Positions 11,685-25,929 of a stretch of 64,000 bases of DNA are shown piece by piece. The notes beneath the pieces were generated by a model that searched no databases, was not told where the DNA came from, and saw only the letters and a program-made list of their open reading frames with translations. Numbering within the stretch: the first letter of the stretch is position 1; each line of letters begins with the position of its first letter. Origin of the DNA: the human T2T-CHM13v2.0 reference genome, Homo sapiens. The stretch is taken from NCBI RefSeq assembly GCF_009914755.1, contig NC_060947.1; one strand, given 5' to 3'. Made by a program: the position numbers and the translations under genes.

Positions 11685-14600
11685 TTGAAAGCAGGGGCTC
11701 AACCAGTTATCTGTTCATAGCAGTTTTGTTCACAATAGTCAAAAGAGAGAGACAACCCAAATGTCCATCAGCTGGTAAATAAATTTAAAAAATGCAGCAT
11801 GCCCATACAATAGAATATTATTCAGCCTTAAAAAGGAAGGAAATTCTGACATGTGCTATAACATGGATGATCACTGAAGGCATTAAGCTAAGTGAAACAA
11901 GCCAGCCACCAAAGGACAAATATTGTATCATTCCACTCATGTGAGGTCCCTAGAGTAGTCCAATTCATGGAGAAAGGCAGATAGAACTGTGAGTGACAGG
12001 GGCTAGGGGAGGGAGGAAATTAGGAGTGCATGTTTAATGGGGACAGAGTTTCAGTACAGGAAAATGAAAAAGTTCTGGAGATGGATGGTGGTGATAGTTG
12101 CACAACACTGTGAGTGCACTTAATGCCACTGAATTGCACACTTAAAAATTGTTAAAATGGTACATTTTATACATATTTTTACCACAATGAAAAAGTAAAG
12201 GCTGCAATTTTAAAACACTTGCTAGTCCTCTCCTAATCAAAAGCAGTCTTTTCTTTTGCAATAATATTAGTGTACAATCTAAAAGAAGCAGCAAGCTGAA
12301 CTGCTCATTTTCCATCCCTGGTAAGAGCAGTATTTACTGCACATCCACTCATCATGTTGTATGGGCCATCTGGGTTTTTTGTATGTCTTACTGAGGTGCA
12401 TGTTTGTTAAATGCACAGGCATAACCAGAAATAACTTTCCTGGAAAATTGAGCATAATGGCTGTCCCTCTCTTGACATTTTGGAGAAATGATAATACGTA
12501 GGTGGGGGAAACAAAGAAGTGACTGTAAACAAGAACGGACATTATCTCTGCTTCTGAATGAGATGAGAAACCCACTTGCTTCATTAGCTCTCTGGTATAT
12601 CTGCAAGTCTGGAAACACCGGGATGACTCACAGTTTGCTGAGTAATACAGGAGCCGACAGAATGCTGCTAGTGACTCGCCATCTCTGACTGGCTTTCTGT
12701 GCAAACTGTCACTCTAGAGCAAGTGCTAGGCCTTGGAATAGAGTTCTGAAAAAGGTTACGGTTCTCAACTACAGGGAGAACCAGCTCCTAAGGCCTTGAC
12801 ACTGGTACACAAAGTAGGACACCTCTGACCAATGCCAAAATGACTTTTAGAAAGTTCACACCTGGTCATTGTGTCCCTGCTCATGCTCCAGCTCACAAGA
12901 TCTCTGGTTTCTGCCTTTCAGGGTGTGGTGATGTCCACTTCTTCATCAGAGTTCTTTGTGACTTGTCTGCTTCTCCACTTGGTAGTAAACTCCTCAGGCA
13001 TAGGAAGACGTCTTCGCTAGCTCTGTAATGTAAGCTGAATGATCCTTGGAATGAATGAGTAGAATATAGAGGGGAATGAACCAATGAATGAGCTGTATCT
13101 GCTAGCCATTGCGGAATGCTAAGTTTTGGAAACTGTTTTGAGCATTTTAGAGGAAGTATTGATAGACACTCTCAGTCTTCAAGGCTTGGAGGCCGATGAA
13201 CCCATATTCTTGCACTGGGCAGAAAGGAGAACTTTGCATCTGCATGTAGGGCCCATTTACCCACTGACCATGATGCATTTCTCTGGTCCAGTTAAGCTCC
13301 TTATCCTTCTATAGCACTTGTGCAATGTCTGAAAACATGTGATTTCTTCAACTTCCAACAAGTACACAATTTTATACCGCCAGTGGTAATTTGTCCTGGT
13401 GGTTCTGTTGTTTCTGCTGTTGTTGTTGTTGTCGTCATTTAATGCAATTTACAAGGACAAAACAAAACTTCTGGCTGCCATTTCACATACCACAGTGACA
13501 GCTTCACATGGTAAGAAAAGCCAAAAACAGCTAGTTTCGAAATTCAGGCCACTCATTTTATTACTTTTCCCTGATTAAGATTCATTCATACCACTTTGGG
13601 GTGGTGCTGATATTCCTAACATAAGCCAATCGATTTTGGTCAGTTCTGAGAGCAGTGAGTGGTCTTCACTTACACACAGTGTGTTTGTAACTCTGCTATT
13701 TCTTTATGACTAGCACAGTATAAAGTGAACGTTTTTGGAAGGCTGTTAAGCATATGTTCTCCTGGTAGGCTTAAATGTGACTTATAAAAATACTTGATAG
13801 TATATGAACAAGCTCCCACTACTGGTTTAAACCAAAAAAAAGAGGTTTATTTTACTAGTTCATAAGCACAGATTCTACATTCTTTGTGAGAATTATCTTT
13901 TTAGGTTTTTGTTTTTATTTGTTCTTATCATTTTGATAGCCATTTTAATCATTTCTTTTATTCTTTTGTTTGCTTTGTTGACTTTTAATTTGGAAATGTC
14001 TGCTTTGGCAGAATAATTACATCACAAGGAGGCCCTTTCCCCACCCACCTACCCAGAAAGGTCTCCTGACTCCCTTATGCTCTATGAATTGCCCTAGTTC
14101 AAGATTGATACAGATCAAAGCAGCAGAATGGGGTTGAAAGAGCAGCCTCTGGCAATGGCCTTGACCATGTCAATTCCCTGTGCATTCATATAGATCTGGA
14201 ATCATGTAGATCTATTCTGCCCAGCTTGTTCCACAGCAGCTGGTGGGCAGAACCACTCTTCCAAGCCGTGTAGTTATTCTGCACTGCAAGAGGCAAGATT
14301 ACAACCGAGGACTCATTCATTAATAAAATTGTTTAAGTTGGCTTTCTGAATGACAACGTGGTCTCAGGAACTTAAAAGACTTCACCAAGTCCCTGCTGCA
14401 AACAAAAAGTCTGCATTGTGATTTGTCAGAGCTAGATTGACATCCAGTTTAGAGTTTAGAATCCTTCTCCATGCCCCACTTTTGAGACAAATTACAAATC
14501 TTGAGGTTCATCAACATTCTAGTACAATATGACCCCCCAAGGTTTAAGAGCCCTTTAGAGATTTGAAGACAACTGTGATGTTCCCACTAACTCTCCCTCC

Positions 14601-15639
14601 TTCCCCCAGTTCTTTGCCCCTATCTTGGCTGCTGGCCTCTGAACTCATCACAGAGCACTGGAGTGAGGGCCTCTGGGTAAGTAAGGCTCTGCTAAACTGA
14701 TCAAATGCTCCACGTACATTTGTCCCAGTAGAGAGGAAAGCTCCTCTTTTCCAAACAATCTACTTTATTCCTGCTCCCCTACATCCCACTTGCAAGGGTA
14801 GCAGCCACATCCCCCATCTGTCCTGCCCGAGCTCATTGTCCAAGCCAACTCCAGCTCAGAAATTTCCCCCAGAGAAGAGGTTCCTGAAGGCTAAGCATTG
14901 CTCTGTAACCCTGAACTTGATTTATGTCTATTTCTCACTCTCTCATTATATAAAGTTTTTCAAATAATATTAGACTAGGAATTGAGAAAGAGAATGAGCT
15001 CTCACAATTGTTTCTAGAGCCATCACAATCCTACCCAGCAACACCTTTTACGGGCTTTTAATTTTTTTGTTTACAGTTATTACCTTTGAAACCAAATCTT
15101 GACTTTCTGGTATGCTCTTGGACTTTTTAAGGGATTTAAAAATTCAGGAGTTTGATGCCAATAATTGCTTTTATGAGCTAGCATTGCTTCTTTTCTATAG
15201 ATGAATCCCATTTTAAATCATCAATTATTTTCTTCACAGAAACCCACAAAGTACATATTCTAGTTTGCATCAGAATTGAATATGACCCAGAAATTCTTAA
15301 TGTTATTAAGCTAGACTATTGTATCTAAAATGTGTATCACATTCAACTAATGCATATTGAAGATCTTGAGTACCACACTTGAGATCTGAATGAAGAGCCC
15401 AGGATTGTGATATTTGATCCATACTGAATGTATTTGCTAGAGTGCATTGTACAGATGGTTCAGGTGTGTTAGATTTGTCTCTGTAAATGAATTGGTCAGT
15501 AGATAAAAGAACATGACTCAAGGCTGAGCAGGGTTCAGCAGGCCCCAAGCTTCATCATTAAAAATCGGGTGTTTTTTAATATGAGGCTGGCTGTGTAAAG
15601 CAGACCTCATGAACTCAGGGGTCTGAGAGGCCAGGCCAG

Positions 15640-16200
15640 ATTATCAGTTGGGATGTTTTCAGTCCCAATTAGCAGACAGCGCAGTTCACACTGGCTTAAA
15701 CAATAAAGGGGACTTACTGATTCCTGAAAGTTAAAGTCCAGCGGTTGGGTGGACTTCAGGGTTGGTTTGAATCAACAGTTCCTCAGTGTCATCAAAGATG
15801 CTGTTTCTTTCTGGCTGTCTACTCTGCCTTCAGTGGCATGAGCCTCATCCTAAGGCTGGCTCCCCCTTGTGGGCACAAGATAGTGCCAGCAACTCCAGAG
15901 GCTACAAATTTCCTCCTGCCCCATTCAGAGAGCAGGAGAATGGCTTCTAGAATCTCTGTCAGAAGAGCCAGGAAGCTTCTTTCCCAGAAGCCCCCCCAGA
16001 TTTCATGCTTTTTAGTCTGAATGGATCCAACGCCTACTAGCCTACTGTGCTGCTTCATGTCAGCTGTGTCCCCCGCTAGAACCTTGTGTGGAGCCAGGTT
16101 CCTCCTAAGCACAGAGGTGGTATGGGCCAAACGAAGCTGCCTAAATGAAAATGGGGAAAGGTGTCAAGAGAAGGAAGCCTTAGTGCTGGCAACCAACAGT
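15640..16200 (-). mobile_element. MLT1-family LTR (old subfamily)
   Basis: cacactggcttaaacaataaaggggacttactg and ttcccagaagccccccc motifs. Confidence 0.6.
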
Positions 16201-16605
16201 ATTTGTTGCAATCAATCTCTTGGCCATCCTCATTCATACACACCTTCCTTCCCACGCATACACCTCCCAAAATGCCCACACTTAGGGAAAACCTATTTAC
16301 CCCTTTCCCAAAGGGATCCAACTCCAATCCGGAAACCCTAGGTGATGTGTCATCCTCTGAATTTGGTCAGTATATAGCTCTTCATGTTTCAGGGACCACT
16401 GGTCACCATGCTCACCTTGGCATAGAAAGTAAGAGTGCAATAAAAAGAAAAAAAAATTTCAATTGGGAAAGAGGAAGTTGGAAAGCAGCACACGGTGGTC
16501 ACTGATCCATCATCCATATCACATCCTGCTGGACAGCAGTAGCAAGGCTTGACCAGGGGTCAGACTCAGTTTCCTATTCTGTATAATGAGAGGATTGGAT
16601 TAAAT

Positions 16606-16803
16606 TAGTGGTTCTCACATTGGAATGTGGCCTGGAGAGCTTGTTAAAATGCAGATTACTGGGTTCCATCCCCAGAGTTTCTGACTCCACAGATACAGGT
16701 GGGGCCCTGGAATTTGCATTTGTAATAGATTTCCAGGGGCTGCTGCTGCTGCTGCTGCTGCTAGTACAAGGACACCCCTGCCCTTCCACTTTGAGAACCT
16801 CTG
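16606..16803. mobile_element. MER5A hAT DNA transposon with a short internal (CTG)n run
   Basis: Termini tagtggttctca...tgagaacctctg; core gagcttgttaaaatgcagatt...agagtttctgact. Confidence 0.85.
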
Positions 16804-18836
16804 ATTTAGATTATCCTTATGGGCCCTTCTGATTCTGACATTTAGGACTCAGGGATTTTTCTTAGCTATCTCTTCTGCTCTATACTGACTTATGATGGAT
16901 TGTTTTATAAATGGGACACACCCAACTCTACTGTGTGAACAACTTAAAAACATATCATGGAATTCCTGCTTTGGTTTGTAATCTAATTTTCAACAATTGA
17001 GGCTGAAAATGAAGGACACCTTACAGCTTCAGGAAAGTAAATTTTCTGGAATTGAAGAAATTAGAAACAGAAAGATAAAGGCTTTCCCATCCTCCCCAAC
17101 CCCATCTACTACAGCACAGCGGTCTGTGGGATGATTCCACGTGACTGCAGAAAGCAGCTCTTTTCCCAAGGACATCCAACATTTTGCAAGCATTCTCCCT
17201 ATGTGACCCGGGTATTCATTGGGTCTTAGAATAGGAGTAGCACTGGGTGAAGCTGTGACATAGATCAAGTTGGTTTAGGAATTTTGCCAACTTTCTTCCC
17301 CAGGGCCCCTCACCTGGCCAACATCTATTCATCCTCAGGTCACAGCTTAAACCTCATGTCCTCCAAGGAGCCTCCTCTAACCAACGCCCCACCCCAGCCT
17401 AAGTCAGGTTCTCCTGTTCTTTGTTCTCTAGTGTCCTACAATGTTCCTTTATAGCACTTACCAGCCTTTGTTAAAAATCCTCACTGACGTGCTCCACCAT
17501 CTGCCTTGTCCATCAATGTTTTCACAACACAGGTCCTGGATCACTGTAAATGCTCAGTAAATGTGTGTTGCACAAGTGCTATCAAAGGCAGACTGGGAGC
17601 AGATTCCAGTCACAGTATTTTATTACAGTGGTGAACTATCAAGCAATCTATATAACACATCCCACAGTGTATGATTATGCATGCTCCAAAGGAATGAAAC
17701 ATAAGTCTTCAGAAGACACAAACACACAGCTGGAGAGTCCCAGTGTCCCTGGCATCTACAGCCAACTTTTTCATGGCCCTCCCCCTTCTCTCTGGGAAGC
17801 TGGTGCCTTCCAGTGCCCAAGGTATCTCTCTACCAGGCACCCTGGGCATTGGCCCAGCTCCCTCTTCCCCCATGCCCATTTGGGTTGTTGATTGACACTT
17901 AGGTGAAGACAATAGAAGACCCTCCAGCTTACAGAGTGCCCAACTCAGCAGGGCCTGGAGAGCTAATCTGGGTCAACACCACATTTTTCCCCTGAGAAAG
18001 TGGGAGTCCAGCAAGGCTGTAAAATGATGAGCTCCAAATAACAGCCTGAGTCTCCTGACTTCTGGCTGCATCTTGAATGCATCTGCAGGCAGCTTCAAAT
18101 GTGAGAATAAGATATGAACTTATGACACTCTATAGTTTATCACCATTGCTATAATTCTCTGCCACTAAATATAATTTTACCATTAAATCAAACCAAACCA
18201 AACACTTAAAATAATTTCTTTAGAGAAGCCAGATTATTTATTACAAATAACGTCTACAAACTGACTAAAAGTATATCCCACATATATTGAATTTGAAGAC
18301 TGTGCCTAAGTTTAAGGTAATTGATGGATTCCATTCTCATTAGATATTCACACATCAAAAAAGTTGTCTGCTTTCCCAGGCACAGTGGTAGGTTATGCTT
18401 ATGCTCATCGTTTTTCTTCCCAGAGCTGGCTCTTCCTTTGAAACAGACCCATATAAGCCACCCATTTGCTGGGTCGCAAGCCCTTCATGAGGGAGAGAGA
18501 AGTATGGTGGGACACCAGCACCTTCTCTACAGAAACGAGCAGCATGTTTGCTAAGGGCTGCTGGACTTTGGCAGGTAGAGACCATCAGAGGACTCAACTG
18601 AATCCCCTTTTATCAGGAACCCTAGGAGAGTAGAGTTGTCAGGAGTTTCCCCATGACTTACATTGTCTTTTTTAAAACAACCAATTCATGACTGAGGTGA
18701 AGAAGGAAAATAACAGAAAAATATATCTAGCCCAAGAAATCTACAGAATAACAATAAAACTCAGGCAGAAATGAACCCACTGATCTGTGAGCCAAGTGCT
18801 TAAGGGAGGGGTCGGGGCACTTCTCATGTGGCTCAC

Positions 18837-19281
18837 TGTCTTAGTCAGTTCAGGCTGCTATGACAAAATACCATAGGCTGGGTGGCTTAGAGACAATGGA
18901 AATGCATTATGCATAGTTCTGGAGGCTGGGAACTTCAAGATCAAGACACTGGCAGATTCAGTGTCTGGTGAGAGCTCTCTTCCTGATTAGTAGATGGTGC
19001 CTTCTTGCTGCATTCTCATGTGATGGAAGAGTCAAGGTAGCTTCCTTGGGCTTCTTCTTATAAGGGCACTAATCTCATTCAGGAGAGCTCCACCCCATCA
19101 TCTAATCACCTCCTCAAGGTCTTGCCTCCTAATGACATCATATTGTGGGTTAGGTTTCAACATATGAATTTGGGGGGACACAAATACTAGGTGGGTGCAA
19201 AAGTAATTGCGGTTTTTACCATTAAAAGTAATGGCAAAAACCGCAATTACTTTTGCACCAGCCTAATATTATACCACAGCT
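18837..19281 (-). mobile_element. MaLR solo LTR (MLT1A/MST-like) with MADE1 inserted near its end
   Basis: tgtcttagtcagttcaggctgctatgacaaaataccataggctgggtggctta ... catatgaatttggggggacacaaa. Confidence 0.85.
19187..19266. mobile_element. MADE1 (Hsmar1-derived MITE), full length 80 bp
   Basis: ctaggtgggtgcaaaagtaattgcggtttttaccatta-aaag-taatggcaaaaaccgcaattacttttgcaccagcctaa; TA TSD at 19185-19186 and 19267-19268. Confidence 0.95.
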
Positions 19282-19399
19282 CTCTCTGTGGTTGTTCACT
19301 GGGGCAGTGGGGGTGTGGCAGAGGGGTGAGGGAAAAAGGGTTCCCTCGATGTTTGTGGTAGAAAGAAGAGCTAGGTAACCAAGTACTCCTTTTTGTCTG

Positions 19400-19830
19400 C
19401 TTAGGTCTGCCAAAAGTCAGGCACCCGTATCGGGTTAGACATTCAAGGAATGTACTGGGGGAAATGCCTGTGAAAGATAAACAGGGAAGAGCAAGAGAAG
19501 GTGGGGAGAGACTCAGACCACAATGCAGGTGGTCTGTGACAATTGGGGCGAGAAAGAGGATTGGGTAAGAAGAGTCTCAGACAGTAGCACAGTTCAGGAA
19601 AAGTTCAACCAGGCCAATAGAGAGTCCTTGAGCCAAAGTCACCTACTGGAGGAGTCCTGCTCCTCACAGAAATGGGCCTGCATTACTATGCTCACCATGT
19701 TCAGTCATTGGCCGGGAGTACAGCCCAGGCCAAGTGCAGCAAAAATGATGGATCTAAGGGGGAGGCTGCTGGAGGCAATTATGCTTCCCATGGCAGGAGA
19801 TGTCAGCAGCCACTGGTATGGTCACCACAT
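19400..19830. mobile_element. ERVL LTR, LTR16-like
   Basis: gggggaaatgcctgtgaaagataaa, agactcagaccacaatgcagg and gagtccttgagccaaagtcacc resemble the LTR16 family. Confidence 0.55.
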
Positions 19831-20391
19831 CCTTCCATTGGTAGTTGTGGGTGGGAAGGCAGAGTCCCTGGCAGGCAGTAGACAGCTACAGGAACAGAAA
19901 CTGGTGGTAGAATTAGACTGACTACTTTGGATAACAAAGCCAAGGCTGGCTTGACTGGCTGATAGCTAGACTATTTCTTTGTTACTTTGTCACTCAGTGT
20001 TTAGATTGTTGTTTTTCCCCCTTTCCATTGTTTGTCAAATTCCCCATCTGAACCCAGGTCTGGAAAAATAAAACCCTATGCATTTGGAAGAACTTTAAAA
20101 TGAATTAGCTTTTAGGCTTTAGTTGCCATCATAAGCATCTAGAGATATTCAGGCCTCGGAGTTGGGGCAGACTGGAGAAACTAAGGTTATTTGAGAAATA
20201 AGCACACTGAATATTTGGCTTCCTAATTATTCTACAAGGAGTCTAAGTTTTGCCTGCCTTGTGCCTATGAATCACTATTTCTTAATTTTCTTAGTTTCAC
20301 AGAATCAGAGGACATGAATACTGAAAGATATTGGAGGTTGTCTAGTTCGACTACATCATTGTAGGGAAACTGTGGCCATAAAAGGGGAAGG

Positions 20392-20611
20392 TACACCAAT
20401 ATTCCTTATGAATCAAGACATAAAAATCTTCAACAAAATACTAGCAAACTCAACCCAGCAACATTTGTATAAAGGATTATACACCATGACCAAGTGAGAT
20501 TTATCCCTGGAATACAAGGCTGGTTCAGTCTATGAAAAGCAATCAATGTAACACACTATATTAACAGAGTAAAGGACAAAAAATGCATGATCATCTCAAT
20601 AGATGTAAAAA
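20392..20611 (+). mobile_element. Isolated internal L1 ORF2 reverse-transcriptase fragment
   Basis: Degenerate match to KILNKILAN...IHHDQVGFIPGMQGWF...KSINV.H.INR.KDK..MIISID. Confidence 0.88.
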
Positions 20612-23600
20612 GGAAAGGGACTTTCTCAAGTTCACACGGCTAATGGCAAAGCTGAGATTAAAACTCAGGTCATCTGACTTGTAGGCCAGAGTTCTTTATA
20701 CTGGTGAGGGTAGGGGTGGAGGGCTGAACCGGACCTTGCAAGACTGTCCACTGCACTGAATCCTGTACTGAGGGATTTCTGTTTGTTTTTTCATCCTGTC
20801 CTCACAACACCCCCAAGCAGTGGGCTCCGTTGTTATTCCCCCTCCTTTTGCATGAGGAAACTGAGGCTTAGAGAGGTAACACTGGTTGTCTGAGGTCATA
20901 CAGCTGCCAAGTATATGAGGAGCTAAGCCTAGATTTCAGGTCTCCTGCCTTGTCTCTGATATTTTCCAGTGCCCGCCACTGCTCTCCTCACTCAACAGTG
21001 CCACAGGATTAACCTGGTTCCATTGGTTCTCAGATCACCTACTGCCAAGCACAGTGGATGGGCTTTTTGTTGTAAGTGGATGGGAGTGCCCTCCAAATTC
21101 TCTGGAAGAATAGCCTCCTCTCCTGTGCCAGTGTGTGACAATTCTCAGAGCCCCAGCTGTTGACCTCACTGTAATCTGGGCTAAGTGGCCATTTATATAC
21201 ACTAATGACTAGAAGGTCTTTTCAAGGAATGGAGGACCACAAAGAAGCAGGCAGCTCTGGGGAAGCCAGAAGCTGAATGGCTGGGAGGTGGGGCAGGGGC
21301 AGGGGACAGTGGGGATAAGATAGAAACAAGGCTGTTCTTTGCTCCTTGAGAAGCTGGGTAACAAGCTGGCTTGGCTTCTGGTGGAGTCTGGCCCAGTGAT
21401 AGCTCTTGCCTCCTGATGGGACAAAAAAGGGGAGACAGGCATCTCAGAGAATGAGGTGGAGAGAGACACAACTGGGCCAGGACCCAGAAAAGAGAGTTAC
21501 CTTTTTCGTCTCAGACCTGGGCATCCCAGATGGAACCGTGCTGAGCTTCTGGTTAGTCTAGCTTCCTCCAGGTGTGCAACACAGGGGTCCTGCTAGGGAG
21601 CCTTCCCAGTTGAGATTAAGGAGGTTGCTTTCAAAATGGCCAGCTGCCCAAGATTGCACCTCTGTCACTGTTGAGGACAGTGGGGGTAAACATGCCTGAT
21701 GTTCTGCCCTGGAAGGGCTCCAGAGCCTTTGGATTGAAGCCACAAAGGAGGCCTGGCATTTGGCTACCATTCCTTCATCTGGTTCACTATCAAGGATCCC
21801 TCATCTCACCCATTCTGCTCCCCCGTTCTAATGTGGGCTTCCATAAGCCTCTGTCCCATCTTCCAAAATGCAGTCTGGAGAGCGAGGCACCAAGGCTGCA
21901 GGCCATTTGCAGGGCACAGCCCTGGAGGCTAAAGTGGAGGTGCAGTGGCTTTCCTAACACTGGTCTGCATGTTGAACTCAGAAATACACGGTACCCTTTT
22001 CAGCAAGAATCAAAGCAAGGTTGAAACAGGCCAGCAACGTATGGGACACTTTCTTCTCTTCCCTTTCGTGAAATTTGCTTCTCGTATAGATCTGTTTTCA
22101 CCAGGAAATGAATCAAAGCCGCATACTCTGCCTTCCATCCTTCTCTTCTCTTCTCTCTTCAGGTCTTTCAGACCAGGGAAAGTGGCTGCCTTTGGGATAG
22201 TCACAACAAGGTGCCCTGGACTGAAAATTGAGAGTGATGAGTTACACTCTGCCCTGGCTTGGGGCAAGGCCCTTTCCTGCCATGAGTTTCAGTGTCCCCA
22301 CCTACCAAGTGGGGAGTTGGTGTCAGACAATGTTTCTTAGTGGGTGGCATTCCAGGAGTCCACACACAAAGGCTAAGTCCCTGCAAAACAGTGCAGATAG
22401 ATGCTTTCTGTAGGTCTTGCTGACTCTCATACTCTCTGTCTTTAACTCGCTTGGCAATTCTTGAGCAAACCATTGGGCCTCTTCATCTACAGAGAATGAT
22501 GACCTGACTAGGTGATCTCTCATTTCTCCTCAAGTTACAAAAGCGTTAGGGTGGTAAGGAGAGGAGGTGGCCCCAGGAAAACCAGATGGGTCAGAAGAAG
22601 ACAGAAGGTGGAGCCTTCAGTGACAGGAGAGCAGAGAATGATGTCCCCCTCCCATAAATGTAGGGAAGGAAGGATACCAGAAAGGTTACCATGAAAGAGA
22701 GGAGTAATAGGAAAGTACAGGTCATTTGTAGTTGAAATACATACTTGAGTGTCTGTGTGGACCAAATCTGGGGTGGGAAGGCAGGCTTCAAATCCTGAAC
22801 CTCGGAAGGGTCGGCATTCCTGACAAGAGCTCAGAGAGCCAACACCAGACAAACTCTAAGTCCCCTGAAGAGAGTGTGCTGAGCTAGGTACTTGCAGCCT
22901 TGAACCCACCCTAATCCCCTCTGCCTGGAGCACGTCCAGAAGGAGCGTGGTTTGCTGCAGAAAAGACAAGTCAGTTAGACCAAAATTCCAAAGCAACTTT
23001 TTAAGCCTATAAATGATGATGATTTTATATAAACTTGAGTTGTTCCTTCAACATAGCACCATATTTTCTACTTATGTGATTCTGGTTTTCTCTAAAGGAA
23101 ATCTTTTTTTGGAATCCACACCATACATACGGAAGAGTATATAAAACATATAATAATAAAACCAACAGTCATGTACCCACCAACCAGGTTCAGAAATAGA
23201 ACATTCAGAATGTTTTAGAAGCCCCTTGTGTGCCCCTCCCTCTTCCCAGAGATAACAACTATCCTGGCTTCCAAGAGCCAACCCTAGAAATAGACCCTAG
23301 GCTCTGGCAAGCTTTGTGCTCATCCTAGTGAGATCATGCACGTCACCAATCTCTTTAGGTAGTATTCTGTGCGGATTTCCACAGATGGCTCATCTGTTTT
23401 GTGTTGATCCTTATTAGTTTCAATTTTGTCTTTTTAAATATATTTTATGACTTTCTGATTATAAGAGTAATATGTGCTCTTTGTAGTAAACTTGGAAAAT
23501 GCAGAAAAGTGGAGAGAAAACACAAACCTCATGGCATAATACAATATATAAACATTTAATATATAAATAATCCAGAAACAACTACTGTGTGAACACATTG

Positions 23601-23763
23601 GAGTGCAGTATTTCAGTCATTTTTTTTTCTATGTAGAAATATATGTTTCACATTACTGGTATCAAGTTGTGTATATACCTTTTCCCTTTATTGTGGAATA
23701 TAACATTGATGCAGAAAAGTGTGCAAGGCCTATATGTACAGTTTAATAAGGAAGTAAAAAATG

Positions 23764-24096
<333 letters not shown>

Positions 24097-24248
24097 TCAG
24101 GTCAAGAAATAGAATATTGACAACCCCCAAGTAGATCCTCATGTGACCTTCCTGATCCAAGATAATTATTCTGCTTTTCTACATAGCTTCATCACTTATT
24201 AATAGACTTAAACTTGTAATTGCTTCATTTTCAAAACCTTAGTGGCGG

Positions 24249-24572
24249 GGCCGGGTACGGTGGCTTACACCTGTAATCCCAGCACTTTGGGAGGCTGAGG
24301 CAGGCAGATCGCTTGAGCCCAGAGTTTGAGACCAACCTGGGCAACATGGGGAAACCCTGTCTCTACTAAAAACGCAAAAATTAGCTGGGAGTGGTGGTAC
24401 AAGCCTGTAGTCCCAGCTACCTGGGAAGCTGAGGTGGCAGGATCACCTGAGCCCGCCAGGGAGGTGGAGGTTTCAGTGAGCCGTGATTGCACTACTGCAC
24501 TCCAGCCTGGGTGACCAGAGTGATACCCTGCCTCAATACAAAACAAACAAACAAACAAACAAACAAACAAAA
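24249..24572 (+). mobile_element. Alu (J/early S-like) with (CAAA)n tail
   Basis: Full dimer preceded by aaaaccttagtgg. Confidence 0.93.
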
Positions 24573-24577
24573 ACCTT

Positions 24578-24912
24578 GGCCGGGTGTGGTGGCTCACACC
24601 TGTAATCCCAGCACTTTGGGAGACCAAGGTAGGCAGATCACCTGAGGTCAGGAGTTCAAGACCAGCCTGGCCAACATGGCGAAATCCTGTCTCTACTAAA
24701 AATACAAAAATTAGCCAGGCATGGTGGCATGTGCCTGTAATCCTAGCTACACAGGAGGCTGAGGCAGGAGAATCCCTTCAACCTAGGAGGTGAAGGTTGT
24801 GGTGAGCTGAGATTGTGCCACTACACTCCAGCCTGGGCGACAGAGTGAGATTCCGTCTCAAAACAAACAAACAAACAAACAAACAAACAAACAAACAACA
24901 GCAACAGCAAAA
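24578..24912 (+). mobile_element. AluS-like element with (CAAA)n tail
   Basis: Full dimer; aaaacctt before it and aaaaccttagtgg after it. Confidence 0.93.
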
Positions 24913-25929
24913 AACCTTAGTGGAAGACACAATCTAAGCATTTAAGGGAAGAGTCCCAGGCCATTAGTAGATGAAGGCTTTCAGAAGAAGAGAGGTTGAC
25001 CTGTCCTGGTCATTATCTGCCTTCAGCTTCCCGGGAATGTGTAGAGCCCACCACCATCAGGACACTAGCAGAGTTGTGGACATGGTATTGGATATGCAGA
25101 AGAAATATGGCCAAAGAGATTGGACTGCCCTCTGTGTTTTGCTTTCAAGCTCACCACAGCCTGCCTCCAGTACCTCCAGTTCCCAGGTGTAGGGCAACAC
25201 AGAACATCCCTGTGGGGTGAAGTGAGTGGCCTCCACTGATCCGGCCAGCAGGACCAGGAAAGCAGAGCAGGAAATTCACCAGACAAAGGGTCAAGCCAGA
25301 CCTCTTCCAGGGTGGGGGACAGGCAGATGCCTGGGGACACAGAGTCAGAGAGGGGATTCAGAGATCTGCCTGCTCCTTAACCAGCTTCCAGCCCAACCCC
25401 ATTACGCTGACCATGTCCCCCCATTCCACTTTACCTCCCAGATCTGGGAACATCTAGAGCTCCTCCTCCTGAGGCTTGGGAAGATTCTGCCGTATAGACC
25501 ACGATCCTTTCCAGTTTTCTCCTCTGCTGTCTTGTGATTCAGCTTCCTTGGTGCTGTGTAGTCAGTTAATCCTGGTCTATCTGCATTTTAGTTTCATAAA
25601 TTATGATGCTGTTATCTCCTCTCCTATTCTCTCTATCCTGGTGGGATTTTGTCTTTAAAAACAAAACAAAACACAAACTCTTACTGTAGTTTTAATGAGA
25701 CTCTGGGAGGGAGAGAATTTAGATGCTTGCATTAAACTGCTGTCTAATTCCAGAAGTCTCCAAAGGAAATCCTGCCACTCCCTTCTTCGGTTGCCCGAAC
25801 ATGACGGTTAGTTGGATGGCTCCCTTGGAAGCCCAAGGTGCCATCAGGGAGATACTGAGAGAATTTGAGGCTGGGAAGGCAGGTGGGGGTTGGGGTGAGG
25901 GTTATGTTTTGAATATTGCTTCATATTGA

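Noticed and set aside
16740-16762. (CTG)n run as an expansion locus
   Set aside because: Only 7-8 units, inside MER5A where a short GCT run is normal.
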